From an uncultured Phycisphaerales bacterium (lineage in GTDB: Bacteria > Planctomycetota > Phycisphaerae > Tepidisphaerales > Tepidisphaeraceae): a stretch of DNA of 64,000 nt. Position 1 is the stretch's first letter, and each line of letters opens with the position of its first letter. Made by a program: the position numbers and the translations under genes. Of the stretch, positions 45,228-53,052 are shown in pieces. The notes beneath the pieces are model-generated. The model searched no databases. It was given only the letters and a program-made list of their open reading frames with translations, and was not told where the DNA came from. Location: contig CAWJPJ010000006.1 in the NCBI GenBank assembly GCA_963844715.1, positions 608,001 through 672,000 of the forward strand, given 5' to 3'.

Positions 45228-47417
45228 ATGCCTCGAACCGCGACCGCGTTTGCTCTCATCCTGCTGTTTCCCGTCTTTGCCCTGGCCGATGTGAATTCGA
45301 TCGGAATGAACTTGACCCAGGTTCCGGCGGACACATTTCTGATGGGCTCGGACAAACCCGGGACATTCTGGGACGAACAGCCGGTGCATCGGGTGACGAT
45401 CTCCCAAAGCTTCTATGTTTCCGATCTGGTGACGATTGACCAATATCGGAAATTCAAGCCGGACGCGGCGCTCAATAACGCCTGCGCGCCCTACGCGGCG
45501 GGGATGAGCTGGTACGACGCGACGGCGTTTTGCGCGTGGCTTTCGAAAGTGGAGAAGAAACCTTATCGGCTGCCGACCGAAGCGGAATGGGAATACGCTT
45601 GCCGCGCGAACCCCGGGATGATCGGGTTTTCGCAGTGGTGCCAGGATGGGTACGGTCCCTATCCCTACGAGGATCAGATCGACCCGGTGGGTTATGCGGA
45701 CGGGCGCGTGAAAGTGATCCGCGGGGCGTATCTGGATGAGCCGAGCAAGTACAGCAATCCCAAGGATTATTTGAATCCGTTTTCGCGGGAAGGGATGCCG
45801 CCAAATTTTGGGCCGATTGGGCCGTTCGGATTGCATCGCATCGGGTTCCGCGTGGTCCAGGCTGATCCACCGGCGGGAAATCCTCTCCCTTTTATTCCCC
45901 CCTACGCCCGGCAAGGGGTGAAGCAGACCGCGGACTTCGTCGCGCTCGGGCCCGACCCCAGTAAACCTTACTTCCGCAAACGGCGGATGCTGCCTATCCC
46001 GCCGGAGGACAGTTCGGATGAACTGATTCGTCACGCGGGGCTCGATCCATCGTTTCGGCATCACAATCACAGCCCAGGCTTGGAGATTCTTCCCAATGGG
46101 GACGTTCTCCTGATCATTTACACCTCTCACAACGAATACGAACCGGAGGTGAGCCTGATCGCATCCCGGCTGCGCTTCGGGGCCGACGAATGGGACTTCC
46201 CCAGTCCCATGTTCGACACGCCCGGCGCCAACGATCACGCCCCGCTGCTCTATAACGATCGCGGCACGCTCTATCTGTTTTGGGGCAATCCATACGCCTG
46301 GGGACATTTCCCGTTTAATTTTGTCACCAGCGTGGATAACGGCGCGGATTGGTCGGGCGTGAAATATCCCGAGGTTGTAGGGCCGATCGGGAACCTCGGG
46401 CGGCCGCAGCCGATTAATACGGTGATTCGCGATTCGATCGGCACGATGTATGTCCCGTCGGATAACGAAGGGGCGCACGCGCTTCTCTGGGCAACCGACG
46501 ATAACGGAAAAACCTCGCGCGATACGGAGGGCAGAACCGGCGGACGGCATACGACGTTCGTCATGCTCAAAGACGGCACGATTCTGGGACTCGGCGGAAA
46601 GGACTCGGATATCAACGGCTATATGCCGGAGTCGGTGTCACATGATGGCGGGAAGAACTACGAGATTTCCGCATCGCCGTTCCACGCCCTGCGGAGCGCG
46701 CAGCGGCCCTGCGTGATTCGGCTTCACAGTGGACGCATTCTCATGGCCGGAGATTGGCGGGCCAGCAAAGGCCCGGCGGCCACGCGATTTTCCGAAAACG
46801 GCTGCTACGTCGCCCTCTCCGACGACGAAGGAAAAACCTGGCATTTCAAAACCCTCCCCGGCACCCAGGCCGGCAAGCATGGCTCGGACACACTCGGCTA
46901 CTGCGTGGCCCGCCAAGCCCCAAATGGGGACATTCACCTTATTACAACTCTCACCCACCCGGCACTCGATCTCGAATTCAACGAGGCATGGATTCTCAGC
47001 GACGATACGGAGACGGACGAATCGAAAATCACGGCCAACTCAGCTACGGCAATTCACGACGTCCGCGATTACCGCGAGGATTACCCCGACGGGTCGCCAC
47101 GAATTACCTGGAGCGCGGGGATCGGGAACGATGGCAGATATCTGCTGGAGGGACCGGAAACGTGGTATTACCCCTCCGGCGTCTTCCAGCGGCAAGCCGC
47201 CTATCACCTCGGCAAAAAAGTCGACACCGAAAATTACTTTTCGCCTGACGGCATCCCCGTCTGGCAATGGGAATACAACGCGGACGGCACGGCCGATTAT
47301 TCGACTTGGTATCCCAACGGAAACCTGCGATCGCAATCAAAGTGGAAGGATATGGAAATGATTCCCAAGAGCGATCGGTTTTATGAATACCCCGGAAAGT
47401 TGTCCGTGGAGCCGTAG
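45228..47417 (+). CDS. Secreted protein: FGE-sulfatase (SUMF1) domain + BNR/sialidase-like propeller + MORN-like repeats
   Basis: Signal peptide; FLMGS, RLPTEAEWEYACRA and IGFRVV; Asp-box-like SVDNGADW, TDDNGKTS, SHDGGKNY and SDDEGKTW; WYPNGNL repeats. Confidence 0.82.
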   Translation: MPRTATAFALILLFPVFALADVNSIGMNLTQVPADTFLMGSDKPGTFWDEQPVHRVTISQSFYVSDLVTIDQYRKFKPDAALNNACAPYAAGMSWYDATAFCAWLSKVEKKPYRLPTEAEWEYACRANPGMIGFSQWCQDGYGPYPYEDQIDPVGYADGRVKVIRGAYLDEPSKYSNPKDYLNPFSREGMPPNFGPIGPFGLHRIGFRVVQADPPAGNPLPFIPPYARQGVKQTADFVALGPDPSKPYFRKRRMLPIPPEDSSDELIRHAGLDPSFRHHNHSPGLEILPNGDVLLIIYTSHNEYEPEVSLIASRLRFGADEWDFPSPMFDTPGANDHAPLLYNDRGTLYLFWGNPYAWGHFPFNFVTSVDNGADWSGVKYPEVVGPIGNLGRPQPINTVIRDSIGTMYVPSDNEGAHALLWATDDNGKTSRDTEGRTGGRHTTFVMLKDGTILGLGGKDSDINGYMPESVSHDGGKNYEISASPFHALRSAQRPCVIRLHSGRILMAGDWRASKGPAATRFSENGCYVALSDDEGKTWHFKTLPGTQAGKHGSDTLGYCVARQAPNGDIHLITTLTHPALDLEFNEAWILSDDTETDESKITANSATAIHDVRDYREDYPDGSPRITWSAGIGNDGRYLLEGPETWYYPSGVFQRQAAYHLGKKVDTENYFSPDGIPVWQWEYNADGTADYSTWYPNGNLRSQSKWKDMEMIPKSDRFYEYPGKLSVEP

Positions 47418-47422
47418 CCATC

Positions 47423-47785
47423 TCAAATGTTCTGGATCGCAGCGAAACAAGCGCCGACCAGCAATATTCCGGCGAACAATCCCGCAAATAGGCCCAGAAC
47501 GAATGGAACCATACCGCGGCGATTAGCGCTAATAGCCAGGAGGAGCAAAACTATCACCAGGGACCCAAAGAAGACGAGGACAAGCGCCCCCGGAACGGAA
47601 TTGGTGGCCGATGCCATAAACAGCACCGCGACGCCGACCACTATCGCGCCGACGACCAATCCAGCCATAAACTGCGCTGCGAGTCGACAGCCGCCGGGCG
47701 GTGCGCCTTCCTCGCCCACGTTGGACCGTTTCGTCCCGTAGCCTAAGAGAATCGGCTGGCGATGTTCGGGCGGCTTTTCGTCCAT
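47423..47785 (-). CDS. Small 3-TM membrane protein, paralog 3, C-terminal LLVGACF
   Basis: MDEKPP start, three hydrophobic segments, Cys codon at 47447-47449. Confidence 0.8.
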   Translation of the reverse strand: MDEKPPEHRQPILLGYGTKRSNVGEEGAPPGGCRLAAQFMAGLVVGAIVVGVAVLFMASATNSVPGALVLVFFGSLVIVLLLLAISANRRGMVPFVLGLFAGLFAGILLVGACFAAIQNI

Positions 47786-47809
47786 GTCTCGGCCTTGGGG
47801 GCTAGCGCG

Positions 47810-48133
47810 TCACCGTCCAATCCTCAGAGGTGCGATGAAGCAGACTCCTTGAAGCAGGAGCCCCAGACACATTCCGCAAAGCAGGCCTTGAGTAAACGGT
47901 GCAATCTTGCGGCGCGACCGGACCATCCAGACGATGAAACCCACGACGGCGACCCCAATTAATCCGAGTACAATCCAACCGACCAGGAGCGAGCCGGTTC
48001 CCCCGGCGGAGAAGCTGGCTACGCAGATGACCGCCACGAACCCGCAAAAGACGCCGCCAAGGCCCGTCGCAAGGGAGAGGCATCCGCTCGGGTCAGGCAT
48101 GCCATAATCGAGAACCGGCGGTTTTTCGTCCAT
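47810..48133 (-). CDS. Small 3-TM membrane protein, paralog 2, C-terminal LLQGVCF
   Basis: MDEKPPVLDYG start, three hydrophobic segments, Cys codon at 47840-47842. Confidence 0.8.
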   Translation of the reverse strand: MDEKPPVLDYGMPDPSGCLSLATGLGGVFCGFVAVICVASFSAGGTGSLLVGWIVLGLIGVAVVGFIVWMVRSRRKIAPFTQGLLCGMCLGLLLQGVCFIAPLRIGR

Positions 48134-48150
48134 GAGTTTTCCCCAGCGCC

Positions 48151-48484
48151 TTAAATATTACTGTTGGAAAGAGCGACGAAGCAGACACCTATCAAAAGAA
48201 TCGGGACGAAAACCGCTCCCGTCAAAAGGCCCAAATAGAAAGGTCCGAGTCGCCGGCGCGCTGCGCGTGATCCAGAAATTAATCAGAATCGCCGCGGCCA
48301 GTACCGGAACAAGAACCCACAGCGGATTGCCTACCACCCCAGCAAGGATGAAGAACGCACCGGCTATCCCGCCGGCTCCCAGGAAGGCGCCCGCGAAGAA
48401 AGGACCAACCGCGCCGCCCTGCCGCGGCACCGGAACGACCGCATAATCAAGCGTGGGCGGTAGCGGCGGCTCTTCGTCATCCAC
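48151..48484 (-). CDS. Small 3-TM membrane protein, paralog 1, C-terminal LLIGVCF (after correcting an extra base at ~48230)
   Basis: MDDEEPP...LDYA start; removing one base in ggccc (48228-48232) gives FLFGLLTGAVFVPILLIGVCFVALSNSNI*. Confidence 0.75.
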
Positions 48485-49926
48485 GATTCTCTCCCCCGAT
48501 CGAAATCGGCGTCAGCCGATCCCGCATTCCATCGTGCATGGCCTGCAATTCCGCGAGACGGCCGCTCTTTCCGTCGCGGTAAAACAAATTGTACGTGTCA
48601 AAGGGGATGATCCGCCCGTCCGGGTGGGCGATGTGGACGCAGGTTTTCTTGACGCCTGCGCACATCAAAATTCCAGGCGTCCAGAAACTGCATGATGATG
48701 ATCCGAAAAATGTTGTCGTAAGTAACGGCCGAGGGAGCGGCGACCTGAGGGAGGCAGCACAAAAGCTGGCGCAACGACAATTCCGAACTCTGCGGGGAGG
48801 CGGCAGTGGAAAACAATTTGAAAAGTTCGGCGCGAAGGCGCGGATCGCGCTCGTAGACGATGGTGTTGCCTTCCCCGTGAAGCAGGACTTTGGGATCGAT
48901 CAGACCGGTGAGGGGAACCACCGAGCCGTTGATCTTCAGAGCGTAAGCCATAGCCAGACAATCGGGGTGGCACGGAACCGGGATCACGTCGGCGGGCTTG
49001 AAGACTGAGGATTGGGAGAGGATGTTCTGGCGAATTTCGCCGAGAGTGAGGCGGTCTTTTTCGGGGTCGAAAGCTTCCAACCGGCCGGCGATTTGAATCG
49101 GCTGAAACGTGATGCCACGGACGCACTTTTGCTTCAGGGCGAAGTCGATGAGGTCGCCGATCTCGTCGTCGTTCAATCCCTTTTTTAGAGTGACGACGAG
49201 GGTGGTGGAAATATTGTGCTCATTGAGGCGATCGAGGGCGCGGCGGCGGACGTCGGACAAATCGCTTCCGCGCAGAACGCGCAATGGGTCCGGGCGCTGG
49301 GAATCCCACTGCAAATAAACCTCGAAACCCGGCATGTAATCCTTCAGGCGGCGCGCGAAATCCGCATCGGAGGCGATCTTCACGCCGTTCGTGTTCACCA
49401 TCAGATGCTTGATGGGGCGGGCCCTTGCGGCATCGAGGACGGCAAAAAAGTCCGGATGAATCGTCGGCTCCCCGCCGCTGATTTGGACAACGTCGGGCTT
49501 GCCTTCGTTACGCACGACGCAATCAAGCATGAACTCGATCTGTTGCATGCTCCGATGCTCAAGCCGATGCGGCGAGGATTCGCTGTAGCAGACGGGGCAG
49601 GTGAGATTGCACTGGTCGGTGATCTCAACGAGCGTGAGGCAGCTGTGCTGCTCGTGATCGGGGCACAATCCGCAATCGTACGGGCAGCCATAGCGGATCG
49701 GGGTGTTGAACTTGAGCGGCATCTGTCCGGGTTTGAGAGTCTGGCGCGAGAGCTTGTAATATTCCGCATCGGTTGAAATCAGCACCCGCTGATATTTGTG
49801 CTGGGGGCACCATTTCTGGAGATAGACCCGGTCGTCCTGAATGATGACCTTGGCCTCGACGCGCCGCAGGCAGGTCGAGCAAATGCTGTTGGTCAATTCG
49901 TAAAAGAGATAGGGGCGATCAGGCAT
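48477..49926 (-). CDS. Radical SAM protein, tetraether synthase (Tes/GDGT-MAS, MJ0619)-like family (frameshift ~48655)
   Basis: N-terminal CSTC...KWCPQH, GCPYDCGLCPDH, radical SAM CNLTCPVC, SGGEPT, NTNG and PCHPDC; C-terminal FLDAWNFDV..VKKTCVHIAHPDGRIIPFDTYN. Confidence 0.85.
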
Positions 49927-50680
49927 GAACCACCTCGGCGGGCTGACCGGCGGGCTTCCGTAAAAGATTACGCACAGCGCACGCAGCGGCGATGAAGCTG
50001 ACCATCTGAATCGGGCTTAACCCGAAGTATGTTTCGCGCGGCTTGATGAACTCAATCAGGAACCGCCAGGTGAAATAGGAGAAGACAAACCACTGAAACA
50101 TCCGGCCCGGGGTGCGCGGCTTTTGGAGGTAGAACAGAAACACGGCCATCATGACGATGCAGTAGCCGATTTCGTAAAGCTGAGTCGGGTGGCGTGGGAT
50201 GCCGTCGCCGAAATCGACGCCCCAGGGGAGAGACGTGGCAATGCCGTAGGTGTGATCGGGTAACCCCTCGAGAAAACAGCCGACCCGCCCGATGGCCAGG
50301 CCCAGCAGGATGGGGAAGACGAAGCGGTCGCCGGTGGATTGTTTGATGCCGGTAAAGTGTTTTGCGATTTCGACGCCGAGCCAACCGCCGGCGAGGCCGC
50401 CGACGATGGTTTTTCCGCCGAGCAAAAGTCGCGGCTGGTTATAGACGGGCCAGTAGGCGTGAATCGACTCGACAATGGCCAGGATCTTCGAGCCCAGCGC
50501 CGCTCCGGCAAGGCAGCCGACGATGATCCAGAGCCCGGTTTCATTGTTCAACCGCGGGCCGGGGAATTTTTTTCGCGTGATCGAAAAAAGAATCCCCCCG
50601 GCGATGTACCCGGCGGTTTCCATTACCTGATGCGCCTCGATGGCCACGCCGAACGGATGGAAGACAACCGGAAAAGTCAC
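49919..50680 (-). CDS. Prolipoprotein diacylglyceryl transferase (Lgt)-like protein, divergent
   Basis: IGRVGCFLEG...YG, LPWGVDFGDG, RHPTQLYE and WRFLIEF; multi-TM. Confidence 0.85.
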   Translation of the reverse strand: MTFPVVFHPFGVAIEAHQVMETAGYIAGGILFSITRKKFPGPRLNNETGLWIIVGCLAGAALGSKILAIVESIHAYWPVYNQPRLLLGGKTIVGGLAGGWLGVEIAKHFTGIKQSTGDRFVFPILLGLAIGRVGCFLEGLPDHTYGIATSLPWGVDFGDGIPRHPTQLYEIGYCIVMMAVFLFYLQKPRTPGRMFQWFVFSYFTWRFLIEFIKPRETYFGLSPIQMVSFIAAACAVRNLLRKPAGQPAEVVHA

Positions 50681-50739
50681 CTTTACCTCCCCGCAAGTTA
50701 GAATACTCTAACCGAAACGGGTTTGATATTCATTTTTAG

Positions 50740-52812
50740 ATGAGCGCCATACCCTCGATCGATCGAAAGACACTCGTTCAAAGGCTCAACCCCGTCGTTC
50801 ATCGAGCCGATCCCTTTTCGGCGGCTCTCCGTCGGGAACGGCGAATTCGCATTTACATCGGACATCACCGGGCTGCAAACCTTTCCAGACGAATATCACA
50901 CGGATTTCCCACTTTGCACGGCCTCGCATTGGGGCTGGCATACAACCCCCCCGCCGCCAGGCGTCGATCCAATGAATTTCCGGTATGAGATTTACGACAC
51001 CTACGGGCGCAAAGTCGGCTATGCGACCAGCTCGCGCGGCCAGGAAACACTCTTCAACTGGATGCGGCAGAACCCGCATCGATTGCATCTGGGGCGAATC
51101 GGGCTCGAGTTGCTCAAGCCGGACGGTTCGGTGGTCACATCTTCTGACGATTTGACCCACGTTGAGCAAACGCTTGATCTCTGGTCGGGGTTGCTGCAAA
51201 GCAAATTCTCGCTCGGCGATTCTCGGCTCAGCGTTCTGTCGTGTGTTCATCCTGATTTGGATTTGCTCGCGGTTCGAGTTGAGTCGCCGCTGCTGCACGC
51301 GGGCGATTGCGCGTGATCGTTCACTTTCCTTACGCTTCGCCGGAAACGGATATGGCCGATTGGATGAGCCCGGATCGGCATACCACGACGCTGATCCTGG
51401 CCGCGAATTGGGCTCAGTTTCCGCGCAAGCTGGACATGGACGCCTATGGCGCCACGCTCGCGTGGTCCTCCGGCGGCCTGGGCCAAACCGATCCGCATCG
51501 GTTCGTGCTGATCTGTAATGATGCCGATGCGCTGGAATTTGCGATCCATTTTCAGCAACGGCCGACTAATCTGGATCTCCCCTCGTTTGGGGCGACGCGA
51601 GCCGCGGCGGCCGATCATTGGCAGAAATTCTGGAGCAGCGGCGCGGCCATCGATCTGACCAGCAGCACCGCCAAGGAAGCCCCGGAACTTCAGCGGCGAA
51701 TCATCCTCTCGCAATACGTCACGGCGCTGAACTGCGCCGGCTCTCTCCCCCCTGCCGAAACCGGACTGCTTTTCAATTCCTGGTACGGCAAGTTCCATTT
51801 GGAAATGCACTGGTGGCACTCCGTTCATTTCACCGCGTGGAATCGCCCCGAACTATTCGAGCGAAGCTTGGATTATTACCGGCGAATTCTGGGCGTTGCC
51901 TACGAGAATGCGCATCGTCAGGGATACGACGGCTGCCGGTGGCCGAAGATGGTCGGCCCGGACGGGCAGGAATCACCCTCTCCAATCGGCCCGGTGTTGA
52001 TTTGGCAGCAGCCTCATCTGATCTATTACGCGGAACTTTGCTATCGGCGAAAACCGACGGCCGAAACGTTGGATCGATGGAAAGAAATCGTCCTGGAGAC
52101 GGGGGAGTTTTTGTCGCAATACGCCTACCTCGACAAATCGCGAAATCAATATGTACTGGGTCCGCCGCTAAAAACGGTTTCGGAAAACACGGATGCGCAC
52201 ACGAATAAGAATCCCACGTTTGAACTGGCTTATTGGCGCTGGGGTTTGCAAACGGCGATCCAATGGCGGCAGAGATTGAATCTTCCGATTCCACCGCGCT
52301 GGACCGACGTGGTGGCAAAATTGTCCCCCTTGCCGCAGAACAACGGATTGTATCTTCTGCAAGAAGGGCTGCTGGACACATTCGACCGCTGGAACGTCGA
52401 TCACCCCGCGATGCTCGGAGCATTGGGAATGCAGCCGGGAGATGGCGTCGATCCGCAAATCATGGGGGCCACCCTCCGGAAAGTGCTGGACAAGTGGCAA
52501 TGGGATAAAGCATGGGGCTGGGACTTCCCCATGGCGGCGATGTCAGCCGCGAGAACCGGCCAACCGGAACTGGCGATCCAGGCCCTGTTCATCAACAGCC
52601 CGAAAAATCGGTTTCACCCCAACGGACACAATTACCAGCGGCCAAGCCTGACCGCTTATCTGCCAGGCAATGGAGCCCTGCTGGCCGCCATTTCACTGAT
52701 GGCGTGCGGTCTAGAGAAAGACCCGGCCAACGAGGCTTCAGGGTTCCCGAAAAATGGGAAATGGTCCGTTCGGGCGGAGGGGTTTCAGCGGTGGATGGCG
52801 CCTGAATCCTAA
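50740..52812 (+). CDS. Six-hairpin glycosidase, GH65-like (frameshifts ~50825-50870 and ~51305)
   Basis: RQNPHRLHLG, ETGLLFNSWYGKFHLEMHWWH, WPKMVGP, IWQQPH, NPTFELAYW, WGWDFP and YLPGNG. Confidence 0.8.
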
Positions 52813-52941
52813 TCTTTCTCTTAATCCTCTTCCTACTCTTAATCCTACTCTTAATCATAATCTCAAAACGAGAGCAAGATTAAGATGAAGATTAAGAGTA
52901 GGAAGATGATTAAGAGCAGGATTAAGAGTAAGAGTAGGAGA
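52805..52941. repeat. Inverted hexamer array (CTCTTA/TAATCC vs GATTAA/TAAGAG)
   Basis: CTCTTAATCCTCTTCCTACTCTTAATC ... GATTAAGAGTAGGAAGATGATTAAGAG between convergent genes. Confidence 0.8.
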
Positions 52942-52959
52942 AGATGGAGAGAAAAAGAA

Positions 52960-52991
52960 ACGAGCCCTGGGTTGGGTGACTCCAGGGCTCG
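52960..52991 (-). terminator. Probable terminator of the PEP-CTERM gene
   Basis: CGAGCCCTGG...CCAGGGCTCG stem followed on the - strand by TTTCTTTTTTC. Confidence 0.6.
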
Positions 52992-53052
52992 CTAGGGTGA
53001 TCGGCCGCACCGAAGGAGTGGCACGGCCGTCATTGAGAGCGCCATGTGAACG

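Noticed and set aside
43974..46550. 858-aa ORF suggesting a large fusion pectinesterase
   Set aside because: The N-terminal ~480 aa is the antisense shadow of the 45228..47417 gene; the real start is MRGRTL at 45110.
48477..49926. Radical SAM as MoaA or a SPASM RiPP maturase
   Set aside because: No GGG/Twitch or SPASM Cys pattern and no PqqD domain; the N-terminal CxxC..CxxH and GCPxDCGLC match the Tes-like family instead.
13920..52941. Repeats as a CRISPR array
   Set aside because: No regularly spaced direct repeats with unique spacers and no cas genes; these are inverted REP-like hairpins.
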